Of a stretch of 64,000 nt of DNA, positions 29,202 through 42,119 are shown piece after piece. Position numbers and translations under genes: made by a program. This DNA is from an uncultured Pseudomonadota bacterium (GTDB lineage Bacteria; Oederibacteriota; Muellerivitia; Muellerivitales; Muellerivitaceae): contig CAWJKT010000009.1 of the NCBI GenBank assembly GCA_963843375.1, positions 160,001-224,000 of the forward strand, given 5' to 3'. The first letter of the stretch is position 1, and every line of letters begins with the position of its first letter. The notes below the pieces were generated by a model. The model was not told the DNA's origin and ran no database searches. It saw only the letters and a list, made by a program, of their open reading frames with translations.

Positions 29202-30267
29202 ATTTATCGTTCCCCGTTTGGAAAAACTTAATTCTCAACCAGAAGTCCAGAAGCTTTTAAAGGGTCTTTTGAATCATCCGGGCGTCCAAACTTTTCTTTG
29301 GGTTGGGCCGGAAGGGACCGGCAAGAAAACTTACGCTCTTCCTTGGTTCGAAGTCTTTTTTGCAAGGAAGGAGTCGATTGCCCGGGTTGCCCACCTGCAG
29401 GCAGGTTCTTTAGCAAAACCCATCCCGATCTCTTTTGGGTCCACCGTGGACTATTTCTGGAGCGATGATTCGGAAGATAATAAAAAACAAGGGATTGTGG
29501 TGGATGTGGCCAAACGCTTGCGGAAAAACTTAACCAGGCGCCTTTTTCGGCGCCTTTCAATGTCGCGGTAATTCCAAACGCGCGAGGGATTGAATGAGCA
29601 GGCCCAAAATGTTCTTCTTGAAAACCCTGGAGGAGCCTCCGGCCAACTCTCTGGTGATTTTACTTGCCGAAAAGACCGGAGATTTTCTTCCAACGGTCCT
29701 TTCCCGTTGCCGACTCGTTCGTTTTCCGGCCTTGTCCACAACGAATATTGAGGGGATACTGGTGAAGGATTACGGTTGGAAAAAGCCCGAAGCGTTAAAA
29801 GCGGCCGAGGAAGCAAATGGCAATTTGGCCTTGGCGTTGAAAATGAGTGATGAAAACTGGGCCCAATTCCGGGATAAGGTCTGTGGGGATTTTGACAAGG
29901 CTCTTCAGGGTCCGGACGAGGAATGGCTTTCCTTGGTCAGCGAATATGACCAATGGGAACCCGATTTTTTAGGCGATAGTGGAAATGACGGCAACCCAAC
30001 GAAAGGCCGAAGTATTAACCGCGGCCTTCCAGGTTTACTTGGCTTTGTGGTCCCGACGGTTATCAGGCGGGGCGGAAGTCCCTGACCAGATTGACCTCCC
30101 TGCCGGCGGACGTGGTCTTAAAATGTCTGCAAAAACACCAGGATATGATTCCAACTAACCTGAATTCGAGGATGATCCTGGATCATTTATTCTTGGAATT
30201 AAGGGAAGGTTTCAAAAAGGGCGAACTCCCTAACCGTTCTTTCTCGGAAATGTCGGTGCAAATGTAA
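29194..30267 (+). CDS. holB: DNA polymerase III delta' subunit (several apparent indels)
   Basis: GPEGTGK, HPD, LKTLEEPP and LPTVLSRC motifs; follows tmk. Confidence 0.85.
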
Positions 30268-30272
30268 AGTGA

Positions 30273-31857
<1,585 letters not shown>

Positions 31858-31858
<1 letters not shown>

Positions 31859-32625
31859 TGGCCGCTCTTATTGATTCCCATTGCCATTTGGATGACGAAC
31901 GTCTTTTGGTTGACGAGGAAAATGTCCTCAAGAAAGCCAGGGAATTCGGAGTGGAAATTCTCGTGACTATTGGTACGGACGAGAAAACATCGGCTGCGGC
32001 TGCCGAGATCGCCTCCCGACATCCGGGCCGAGTTTATCACACCGTGGGGGCCCATCCTTCGGATGTGGATCGTTTCGGTGAAATAGAACTTTCCGAAATC
32101 GAACGATTGGCCCGGGAAACAAAGCCCAAGGCTATCGGGGAAATCGGACTGGATTATTACCACGACTCAAACCGCCAAAAACAGGTGGAAATATTTGAAC
32201 GAATGATTAACCTGGCACGGAATATATCACTTCCCATTGTCATTCATGATCGGGAGGCTCATGAAGATATTCATCGAATCTTGAGGGAAAAGGCCAAGGA
32301 AATGAAAATCATGATGCATTGCTATTCGGCGGGACCGAATTTCGTAGATCGTTTTATGGATTTGGGCTGTCTTTTTTCCATCGCAGGGCCCGTGACTTTC
32401 AAGAACGGCAAGGATCACCGGGATGCCGTCGCAAAAATTCCACTCGATAAGCTTGTAGTGGAAACCGATTCTCCTTATTTAACGCCCCACCCTTTCCGGG
32501 GCCAGCGCAACGAACCCGCTTACGTGAAACTGACCGCTGAGAAAGTCGCTGAAGTTAAAGGAATAAGCCTTGAGGAGTTAGCCCTCGCTACCACGAAAAA
32601 CGCCAAAAAATTCTTTGGGATTTAA
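31858..32625 (+). CDS. tatD: TatD-family deoxyribonuclease
   Basis: IDSHCHL, GEIGLDY, IHDREA, MHCYS and ETDSPYL motifs. Confidence 0.93.
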
Positions 32626-32763
32626 GTTTCGAGATTAAGCCCCTAAATCTCTAAAAAAGGGGCCGGATCGTTTTAAAACCCCGCAATTTAACTGAAGATT
32701 TATTGTCCTCTCAAGGTGTTTGGGTTTTAAGACAAAAAGCCCAGGCAGTCCTCAACCCTGGAA

Positions 32764-33195
32764 TCAATTTCCCGTCAGCCGGTCGACGGACCTGACCAGC
32801 CTTGGAAACTCGAACATATTCATCGGTTTGACCAGGTACTCCTCCGCTCCCAAGGCGTGAGCTCGCCATTTGTCCTTTTCGTTTTCGGAGGCAGTAACCA
32901 CCAGCACCGGGATATGGCTCAAATGGGGGTCCTGCTTCATGTTCCCGAGCACATCCCACCCGTTTATATTCGGCAGGTTCAAATCAAGGAGGACCAAGTC
33001 AGGATCGGGCTCGCCGATGTAATGGCCTTCGTGTTGGAGGTAGGCTAAGGCCTTCGCACCGTTATAAACCACCGATAAGTGGACCGAATGTTTGCTTTGT
33101 TTGAGAACTCCTCGGATGAAAAAAACATCGGTGGGATTGTCCTCTACCAGCAGTATTTCAACGTGTTTAGATTTTTCTTCCTGGATCGCGGGCAT
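32764..33195 (-). CDS. Single-domain response regulator (Rcp1-like)
   Basis: LLVEDNPTD, VLLDLNLP, VVTAS and VKP motifs. Confidence 0.88.
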   Translation of the reverse strand: MPAIQEEKSKHVEILLVEDNPTDVFFIRGVLKQSKHSVHLSVVYNGAKALAYLQHEGHYIGEPDPDLVLLDLNLPNINGWDVLGNMKQDPHLSHIPVLVVTASENEKDKWRAHALGAEEYLVKPMNMFEFPRLVRSVDRLTGN

Positions 33196-33555
33196 TTTGT
33201 CTCCTTATCAATCGTGAAGATTTTTTCTTTTGGATCCTTTGTTTGGCAGAGAGTTGTATGACTCAGATATATTCATCCGGCCATTTTGTTATTTCAACCC
33301 CCGAAACTTACAATCCAGGTTTTTCGATTACTCTAATCTGAAATTAAGGGGGATTTTTTCTTGAATCGGCAAGACAAAAATTTTGCCAAAATCAATTTGG
33401 TTTTGAAAACGCATTTTTAACAAGTTTTTTCTCAACCGGAAATCGGTTTTATGGATGCAATTTTCCTTGGAGGTTTTTACCGAGTCGGCCTTTCAATTTA
33501 TTCGGTTTTTTATCCATAATCCAAAACTCGAAATCACAAAAGGGGAGGTGCGGGC

Positions 33556-33882
33556 ATGGAAAGAATTCTTTCAAGGTCGCGGTTCAACATCAGCAGCCTG
33601 TTGGCGGTGGCTGGTTTTTCGATATTATGCGGTTTCACCACCACAGCATCCGCCGAGACGACCGGCCCCGATCCGATTAATTTCTCCATGGTTTTAGCCG
33701 TTCTTATGACCGTGGTTATGCTGGTTTTTGAGGTGTGGTTGTTCTGGAAGGCGTGGAAGAATCGGTTGCCGGAGGAGGAACTCAATCCCACGGCGGCAAT
33801 CCAATCCCCACGCCCCGTTATCGTTCGGGTACCTGTCCAAAGAAAAAGAACCTCGAGGCAGAGAGATAAGGTGTTGGTTTAA
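33556..33882 (+). CDS. Small exported/membrane hypothetical protein
   Basis: RBS GGAGG, a signal-peptide-like N-terminus (ASA|E) and one TM helix. Confidence 0.6.
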   Translation: MERILSRSRFNISSLLAVAGFSILCGFTTTASAETTGPDPINFSMVLAVLMTVVMLVFEVWLFWKAWKNRLPEEELNPTAAIQSPRPVIVRVPVQRKRTSRQRDKVLV

Positions 33883-33994
33883 ATCCTTGGAGATGGTTTT
33901 AACGGTTTGTGAGTCAAAAAATACTTTCAAACCTCATGAACTGCCGATGACTGGTAAAACTACGGATGAAATTTCTTTTGCTTGGTCCCAAAGT

Positions 33995-35920
33995 TTATTG
34001 TGCTGAAAGGGACTTGACGATTTGAAGGGCAACGGGGTTTTGTGGTTGGTCCATTAAGACCCGTCGCATGCAAGTCAGGGCATCGTTGTACCGTTTTGTG
34101 TAGTAGTACAAACAGCCCAGATTATAGTAATAATCAAAATATCTTTCCTGAGACCTTTGGATTCCCTCCAGCAAACATGTTTCCGCAACATCTGGATGAT
34201 TCGTGTAAGTGGTGAAAATGCCTAAGTTCAAAAGTTCATTGGAATAAGCTGAAGGTTTATAAAAATCTCCCAAAAGGTGACTCCAGCCAGGTGGTGGAAT
34301 CGAAAGCAGGGAAGGAGCTTGGGAAATAATGGATTTGGAAAGTCCCCTTTCCTTCAAAAGTCGATCGTAATCCAAACCCGCAATTTGATCCGCGTAACCT
34401 TTGCGAACGTAAAGGGCTGTGCATTCATCCAGATAGACTAGTCTCCAATCGGGCATTTGGCTGAGATGAACCATCCATGGCATGGCGTAGAGCGGGTTGA
34501 AGAAAATAATATCGGGTCGGTATTTTTCGATCAGGGGTTCCAAGCCTCCTTCGGCAAGTGAGGCCGAATATTCCTTGAAAAAATCATTACCCATTACGTC
34601 TAACCGGCTATCCACGAAGGTTTTTTGCGGGCCTTTCCAATCCAGCCAATCTCCCGCGTCCAAGGTGTTGATGATCCTCCCATCTAAGTGGTTTTGGACC
34701 AAAAAATCGCAGGCCCGGTCCGGCATTGTCCCGGTGTCCAGTCCCAGGCCAAAACGATCCGAGAGACGGTTGGAAACATAATGGGCGTTGGTAACCACCC
34801 GGAGAGAGAATCCGATTAGAAACAGCGTCAAGGTCCAAGCGAAGAGTGGTTTAGCAATGAAGCGATCCTGAAACTTTTGAAGCCAGGTCCACCTCAAATC
34901 TTTCCAGCAATGGGCCGCAAGGGGAATACAAGCAATTATGAACAAAGGAATATTTCGAACTGCGGTGGCGGAAAGTCCAAAAAAAAACAAAACGAGAAGC
35001 CATTCGTGGATCTTCCGATGTCGAAAAGTGGCTACCAGCAAGACAAAAAGAAACAGGCTGAATGCCTTATAAATCAGCAGATAGGAGGGGGGTATCCAGG
35101 AAAAGGAATCGTGAATGGACCAAGGCGGCTGGAATTCTTTCGCGGCGTATTTGAAGATTTCCGATGAACCAAGGGTGCTAAGGAAAGAAAAAGGGAAAAG
35201 AAAGCCCCGAATAAAATGAGGATTCAATAAGCACAGCGCCACAGCCAGAGCCGAATATTTGATCAGCTTCTTATCGGCCTTGGCGGAACTAGCAAATCCG
35301 TAAAGCGCGTAAAATCCCATGATTCCCCAACCGATAAAGAAAAGGCCCTCGGTATTGACCCAAATCCATTGAATCCAGGGGAGTAAGAATAAGAGGTCTT
35401 TCTTTCCTGCTGCCCTCAATTCCAATATCCAAAGGGTCAGGCTTAAAAGGACCCAACTAAGTACCTCGGGTCTTACTCTTATGCGGGTTTCGGAAGCCAG
35501 GACAGCAGCGGCGAATAAAAGTACGCACATCCAAAGGGGCGCGTGGACTAGACGCAAACGAATCCAAACCAGGAAAAAAGCCATCAGGGCAAAACCTATA
35601 TGGGAAAGGGAAAGCCAAGTATACCCACCGACGCGGTAAAGCAGATAAAGAGGAACTTGATAAAAGCTTTCCATATCCAGATATTCGTGCCCGGAAACGG
35701 TATAAGTGAAGGTATCAATGGTTGGGAATTGGTGGTTCTGAAATATCCATTGCCCGGTTCGAAGGTGGAAACCCATATCCGAATCGTTAATCCGATGGGT
35801 TCCGAAAATAATCAGCAAAAGAAAACTACCGGAAAGAGGTAAAAGCCAGGGATTGAGGGATGAGAATAGGCTTGAACCGGTTGAGGAAATGGAGTTTTTA
35901 AGGGGGGGTGTTGAACTCAT
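33995..35920 (-). CDS. Polytopic membrane protein with C-terminal TPR (possible GT-C-fold glycosyltransferase)
   Basis: Many TM helices, an early DSDMGFHL..G loop, RVRPE and FVDSR motifs, and a TPR-like YYNLGCLYY at the C-terminus. Confidence 0.7.
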   Translation of the reverse strand: MSSTPPLKNSISSTGSSLFSSLNPWLLPLSGSFLLLIIFGTHRINDSDMGFHLRTGQWIFQNHQFPTIDTFTYTVSGHEYLDMESFYQVPLYLLYRVGGYTWLSLSHIGFALMAFFLVWIRLRLVHAPLWMCVLLFAAAVLASETRIRVRPEVLSWVLLSLTLWILELRAAGKKDLLFLLPWIQWIWVNTEGLFFIGWGIMGFYALYGFASSAKADKKLIKYSALAVALCLLNPHFIRGFLFPFSFLSTLGSSEIFKYAAKEFQPPWSIHDSFSWIPPSYLLIYKAFSLFLFVLLVATFRHRKIHEWLLVLFFFGLSATAVRNIPLFIIACIPLAAHCWKDLRWTWLQKFQDRFIAKPLFAWTLTLFLIGFSLRVVTNAHYVSNRLSDRFGLGLDTGTMPDRACDFLVQNHLDGRIINTLDAGDWLDWKGPQKTFVDSRLDVMGNDFFKEYSASLAEGGLEPLIEKYRPDIIFFNPLYAMPWMVHLSQMPDWRLVYLDECTALYVRKGYADQIAGLDYDRLLKERGLSKSIISQAPSLLSIPPPGWSHLLGDFYKPSAYSNELLNLGIFTTYTNHPDVAETCLLEGIQRSQERYFDYYYNLGCLYYYTKRYNDALTCMRRVLMDQPQNPVALQIVKSLSAQ

Positions 35921-36086
35921 CGGCCAATTATAACAAAGGGAATTTTTAAGTTCGTTTCCGCGTGTCGTGTTTTAAAAGACTAGGATTGTGTTTGTGGCGT
36001 TTTTTGGCCTTTTTGCCATCCTTCTATTGGCTTTGAAGCCCTTCCGAGTAAAATAACCCTTCCCAATTACCCGGAAAGGTAAAGAC

Positions 36087-37115
36087 ATGATCCGCGAAGC
36101 CTTAATTAAACTATCGCAAAAGAATTCCTTGCTCGAAAAAGAAACCCACGAGTGCATGCTGGAGATATTGGAAGGCAAAGCCACCCCGGCGCAGATTGCC
36201 AGTTACCTTTCGTTTTTAAGCTATAAAGGTGAAACGGCGGATGAAGTTGTGGGCAGCGTTACGGCTATGCGGGAAAAAATGGGAAAGGTCAACGCCAATG
36301 GATTAAGCGCCATTGATGTTTGTGGGACCGGCGGTGACCATCGCGGAACCTTCAATATATCCACCTGCGCCGCATTGGTTTTGGCAGGCGGGGGTGTCGT
36401 GATAGCCAAACATGGAAACAGGGCCGCTTCCAGCCAGTGCGGTAGCGCCGAGGTATTGGATACCTTGGGGGTGAAGATTGATCCGACCACTTATGTAATC
36501 GAGAAATGTCTCCAAGAGGCCAAAATTGCCTTTCTTTTCGCCCCCCATTTCCATCCCGCAATGAAAAACGTGGGTCCACTCCGCAAAGAGATGGGCATCC
36601 GAACGCTTTTTAATTTTTTAGGACCAATGTCCAACCCAGCTTCGGTTAAGAGGCAAGTGATAGGGGTTTCGGATCCCTCCAAAACCAAAATAGTGGCTGA
36701 GGCCCTCACCCGGTCCGGAAGCGAAAGGGTCATTACGCTGACAAGTCTTGATGGTTTGGATGAGGTTTCATGCGCGGACATGACGGAAATAAACGAGTGG
36801 TATCCAAATCAAAATCCCAAAACTAATCAGGGCGAAACTTTTCGCATTTCTCCCGAGGATTTTGGCTTTCAACGGCACCCACTGAAGGAAATTATGGGCA
36901 GCGACGCCATTTCAAACGCCAAGATTGTCACGGAAATCTTGAACGGTGAAAAAGGACCTAGGCGAGAGGTGGTTGTCATGAATGCCTCCGTTGGTTTTTA
37001 TTTGGCTGGGAAATGCCCTTCGATTAAAGAAGGAAGGGCCTTGGCTGAGGAATCCCTTGATTCTCATAAGGCCCTGGATGTCCTGGAAATTTTGAAAAGG
37101 GTTTCCCACTCATGA
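36087..37115 (+). CDS. trpD: Anthranilate phosphoribosyltransferase
   Basis: DVCGTGGD, FNIST, KHGNRAASS, RTLFNFLGP and DGLDE motifs. Confidence 0.96.
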   Translation: MIREALIKLSQKNSLLEKETHECMLEILEGKATPAQIASYLSFLSYKGETADEVVGSVTAMREKMGKVNANGLSAIDVCGTGGDHRGTFNISTCAALVLAGGGVVIAKHGNRAASSQCGSAEVLDTLGVKIDPTTYVIEKCLQEAKIAFLFAPHFHPAMKNVGPLRKEMGIRTLFNFLGPMSNPASVKRQVIGVSDPSKTKIVAEALTRSGSERVITLTSLDGLDEVSCADMTEINEWYPNQNPKTNQGETFRISPEDFGFQRHPLKEIMGSDAISNAKIVTEILNGEKGPRREVVVMNASVGFYLAGKCPSIKEGRALAEESLDSHKALDVLEILKRVSHS

Positions 37116-37895
37116 GTATCCTCCAGAAAATCGCTGAGACTAAAAGGGTGGAAGTTGCCCGAATTGATAAAAGAAAGGGGATTGTCGTCTCTGATCCAGG
37201 GCGCGAAGGCCCAAACGGCTCCGCTCGATTTTTTGAAGGCCGTTCACAGTCCTGGGAAGCTGTCGATTATTGGTGAACTAAAAAAGGCGAGTCCTTCCAA
37301 GGGAGTCTTGCGGCAGGATTTCCAAATCGAACCACTGGCAAGGGCTTATGCCAAGGCGGGGACCCAGGCCCTTTCGGTATTGACCGATGTCCAATATTTT
37401 CAGGGGAACTTTCTTACTTGAAAAAGGCCAAAGAAGCCTCGGGCTTGCCAGTCTTGACGGAAGGATTTTCTGATCGACGAACATCAAATTTACGAAGCTC
37501 GTGAAGCAGGCGCGGATGCCATCCTTTTGATCGTGGCCATGATGCCGCCCGCCAAATTAAAGGAACTCATGGCGATCGCCGATGAATTGAAGATGACGAC
37601 CTTAGTGGAAGTGCATGATGAAAGGGAATTGGAGGTTGCGCTTCGGGTCGGAACCCGGCTGATTGGGATCAATAACCGGAATTTGAATGATTTCACCGTA
37701 AGCCTTCAAACCACCCTTGATTTGATGAAGAAATGTCCCAAAGATTTGCCGGTGGTGAGTGAAAGCGGCATATTCACCCGCGAGGATTGCCTTCTTTTGA
37801 GAAAGGCGGGGGCTTCCACTGTCCTTGTCGGCGAGGCTTTTATGACATCGCCCGACGTGGAGGCAGCTGTGAAGGCGTTGATGCCCACAAAATAA
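37112..37895 (+). CDS. trpC: Indole-3-glycerol phosphate synthase (apparent indels)
   Basis: GELKKASPSKG, SVLTD, RKDF, LVEVH, GINNRNL and SESGI motifs. Confidence 0.93.
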
Positions 37896-38000
37896 TTTCG
37901 ATTTAATTTTTATACCGAAGTTCCATTGTCGCGGTTGTTCGCTTGTTGGGCGGACCCTTCATGCAATGACGGCGGTTTAAATTAAGTATTGAGGATTTAA

Positions 38001-38637
38001 ATGTTTAGCGTCAAGATTTGCGGGGTTACCCGCCTGAGGATATTCGAATCGAATCGCAAAAGCCGGGCGGAGATGCCATAGGATTCCAAATGTCCATGGG
38101 CCCCCGTAAGATTACCCCATAGCAGGCCAAGCGCTTCGTCAAGCGGGTTCCCCCCCGGTTGCGCCGGTCGGCGTTTTCGTGAACGAAGCGCTTTCAAAGG
38201 TAAAAAGGTTGATTAAACTTTGCGGTTTCCAAGCAGTCCAATTGCATGGGGACGAAACCGTCATCCTATTGCGGGAAAATCAATATTCCGGTCATCAAGG
38301 TGATTCGGATGAAAAAACCACAGTTTACAACGGCTTCCAGGGCTTTCCGGTTGCGGCCTATTTATTGGACTCCTATAATAAAAGCATCCCCGGTGGAACC
38401 GGCCAAAATTTCCAATTCTCATGGGCCCGGAAAGCGGTTCAAAAGCTTCCAGCCCCGGTTTTAATTGCTGGTGGATTAACATCGGACAATGTCCAAAAGG
38501 CTATCCGGTCCTCCCACGCTTTTGGAGTGGATGTATCCAGTGGCGTGGAAATCCGGCCAGGCCTCAAAGATCCCCGCAAAGTTTCCCTTTTTATCCGTCG
38601 CGCGCAAAATGCCTTTCATACTCTTGAAGAAAATTGA
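38001..38637 (+). CDS. trpF: Phosphoribosylanthranilate isomerase (apparent indels)
   Basis: VKICGVT, VGVFVN, VQLHGDE, GGTG, AGGL and GVDVSSGVE motifs. Confidence 0.9.
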
Positions 38638-38643
38638 GGCTTC

Positions 38644-39225
38644 ATGGCCGACCAGAAATCGCTCACCATCAAATTGGCCCACATTTACTATCACACGGGA
38701 AGTTGGGATAAAGCCATCGTGGAGTACGAGAAGATCATTGGCATGGATCCCGATGATTTAACGTCCACGTGACCTTGGGGGAGTTGTATTTAAAAAAAGG
38801 GGATTTGGAAAGGGCCTTCAAGGAATTCGAACTTTCGGCCAATGGGTATATGAGGGAGAAAAACGTCAAGAAGGCCGCGGGTGCTTATCCGTGAAATGGC
38901 TAATTTGATCCAGAAAATGGTGGAGCCCCAGGATATTGAGAGGGCGATTGGTCTTTACAAAGATATTTTAAAAAATTGCCCGAGTCAACTGAAGCCATGA
39001 CCAATCTTCGTGACCTTTATCTACGACATAACCAAATTGCTGAAGCGATTTCCTATACCCTTTCCTTGGGCGATCTTTATAATCGCTTGGATTACGTGGA
39101 CAAGGCCGAGAATGAATATGTTAAGGCCGCCACCTTGGATCCGGCCCACGCGGGAGCCAAGGAGAAACTGGAACAATTGCGAAATGAAACTCAATACGAA
39201 ACAAGCCTCAAGGGGGTGGATGAGT
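38644..39225 (+). CDS. Tetratricopeptide-repeat protein/domain within the trp operon, in frame with trpB as assembled (apparent indels)
   Basis: [40 protein letters not shown] and [26 protein letters not shown] are TPR consensus repeats. Confidence 0.75.
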
Positions 39226-40434
39226 TGTCTTCCCTTCCGAATACTCAAGGCTACTTTGGTCCCTATGGGGGCCAATATGTACCTGAAACCCTGATGGTGG
39301 CTTTAAGGGAATTGATCACGGCCTATGCCCAATCCCGAAGAGACCCCCGATTTAAAAAAGAAATCCAGTATTACCTTTCTGAATATGACGGACGGCCCAC
39401 CCCTCTGACTTTTGCCGCCAATTTGACCCGGTTGCTCAAGGGCGGGCGAATTTATCTAAAAAGGGAGGATCTGAATCATACCGGAGCGCATAAAATCAAC
39501 AATTGCCTGGGCCAAATTCTTTTGGCGCGGCGAATGGGGAAAAAGCGAATAATCGCGGAAACCGGCGCTGGCCAGCATGGCGTGGCCACCGCCACCGTTT
39601 GCGCCTTGTTTGGAATGCAATGTGAAGTCTATATGGGCGAGGAGGATGTCCATCGCCAGGCATTGAATGTTTTTCGCATGAAGCTGTTAGGAGCCCAGGT
39701 TCATGCTGTTTCTTCCGGTACCAAAACCCTCAAGGACGCCATGAGCGAGGCCATTCGGGACTGGGTGACAAATGTCAGGACAACCTATTACCTCATCGGC
39801 TCCACCGCCGGTCCCCATCCTTACCCCATGATTGTCCGTGATTTTCAAAAGGTGATCGGCGAGGAAGCCCGGCGCCAAATTTTAAAGCAGGAGGGAAAGC
39901 TTCCGGACACTTTGGTGGCTTGCGTCAATGGCGGCTCCAACGCCATCGGCTTGTTTTATCCTTTTATTCGGGACAGAAAAGTAAAAATGGTCGGGGTGGA
40001 AGCGGCTGGTGATGGGGTCCAAACCCGCCGCCATGCCGCCACCATGGCGAAAGGAAAACCCGGCGTCCTGCATGGCAGTTATAGCTACGTATTGCAAGAT
40101 CCGGATGGCCAGATCGCTGAGACCCATTCCATTTCAGCGGGGTTGGATTATCCCGGCGTGGGACCCGAACATGCTTGGTTGAAAGATACCAAGAGGGCGT
40201 CTTACGTTTCGGTGACAGACAAGCAAGCTTTGGAAGCTTTTCAAATACTTGGCCCGCAATGAAGGAATTCTTCCGGCCTTGGAAAGTGCCCATGCGGTTT
40301 TTCAGGCCATGAAATTAGCGCCCCGGATGAAAAAAACGTCTATCCTCATCGTGAATCTTTCGGGACGGGGAGATAAGGACGTTAATACCGTTTTGGAACG
40401 TCTGGGTTCCGGCTTTAAAGGCGCAAAGAAGTGA
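39225..40434 (+). CDS. trpB: Tryptophan synthase beta chain (apparent indel near 40250)
   Basis: [50 protein letters not shown] and NLSGRGDKD. The start is uncertain: TTG near 39225, or a fusion to the TPR domain. Confidence 0.95.
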
Positions 40435-41243
40435 GCCGCCGCCTTCACCGTCTATTCCAGGAGGCAAGAGCCCAGCATAGGCCGCTCTTTTTACCTTATA
40501 TTTGCATGGGATATCCCGACCTATAAAGCATCCTTTAAAGCGGCGCAGAAGCGGCTTTGAAAGGCGGTGCCGCGGCATTGGAATTGGGCGTGCCATTTTC
40601 CGATCCCATCGCGGATGGGCCTACGCTTCAAAAAGCCACCCACCTTTCTCTTGAAAATGGAACCCGATTTGCCGATGTTTTCCGGATGATCAAGGATTTG
40701 AGAAAGAAGGGTTTTTCGCAGCCACTGTTGGTCATGACTTATTTGAACCTGGTGGAACAAATGGGCCGGGGAAAATTTGCGGAAGTTCTTTTGAACTCCG
40801 GGCGGTGATGGGGCCATCATTCCGGATTTGCCTTTGGAACAATTTCCACCTTTTCGTCATTTTGATGCGTCGAAAAAACCTGGCTTTAATCCCTTTTATT
40901 GCCCCGACTTCCAGCCAGCGAGAGGATCAAAAAGGCCGATGCCCAAGGGGCGCCTTTTTTGTATTATGTCTCGGTTACAGGAGTGACGGGAGCCCGCAAA
41001 AAACTGGCGCCTGGTCTTTTATCGACATTGGGACGTTTAAGGAAGCAATTGAAAACGCCATTGGTAGTGGGATTCGGCATCTCCACTCCCGCCCAGGCGG
41101 CCCAGGTTGGAAAAGCGGCGGATGGCGTGATTATCGCCAGCGCGTTGGTGCAATTGATTTCGAAAACAAAGGTTTCCGAAATCGGTAAAGCGGTCGAAGG
41201 ATTTTGCCGACAGGTCGTAAAACAACTTTCAGCAAGCAGGTGA
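40431..41243 (+). CDS. trpA: Tryptophan synthase alpha chain (apparent indels)
   Basis: [31 protein letters not shown] and VGFGIS motifs. Confidence 0.93.
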
Positions 41244-41277
41244 GGGGTTTTTTAACTAAAGTTTGAAGGAGCTCTTC

Positions 41278-42119
41278 GTGGTTTGGTACCAAAAACCAAA
41301 AAAAGAAATCACCAAAGTCCAAGGGAAAAAAGCAAGTCCAGGTTCCCCAGGGTCTCTACGCCAAATGCAAGGGCTGTTCGGCGATTCTCTATAACAAAGA
41401 CCTGGATAAGAACTACAAGGTTTGTCCCAAGTGCGGTTATCATTACCAGCTTTCCGCCCTGGAACGCCTTTATTTGACCTTGGATTCGGGCTCTTTCGAG
41501 GAATTCGACGAAAAAATGGTTTCGGAGAATCCTCTGGGTTTTCCGGAATACGATGACAAGCTCAAAAAGGGCCAGGAAAAGGCCAAAATGAACGACGCGG
41601 TCATCACTGGTTTGGGCAAAATCAACGGTCAACCGGCTTCTATCGCGATTATGGATTTTCAATTCATGGGCGGAAGCTTGGGCAGCGTGGTGGGGGAGAA
41701 AATCACCCGGGCCGTGGAACGCGCAATCGAGAAAAAGATTGGGGTCATCATCGTTTCCACTTCGGGCGGCGCCCGCATGCAGGAGGGGATTTTTTCCCTG
41801 ATGCAAATGGCGAAGACTTCGGCCGCTTTGGCGCGTTTGAGGTGAGGCGGGATTGCCTTATATCTCCGTTTTGACCGATCCCACCACGGGCGGAGTGGCG
41901 GCTTCCTTCAGCATGTTGGGCGACGTGAATCTGGCCGAACCGGGGGCCATGATTGGTTTCGCGGGACCAAGGGTGATCGAACAGACGATTCGGCAGAAAC
42001 TTCCAAAAGGGTTTCAACGCGCGGAATTCCTCGTCGATCACGGGTTTGTGGATGCCATCGTTCCCCGTAGTGAAATGAAGCAAATCCTTGGGAAGTATCT
42101 GAAGTTCTTCCGGTCTTGA
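41278..42119 (+). CDS. accD: Acetyl-CoA carboxylase carboxyltransferase beta subunit (apparent indels)
   Basis: Zn-finger CxxC...[26 protein letters not shown] and GFAGPRVI motifs. Confidence 0.94.
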
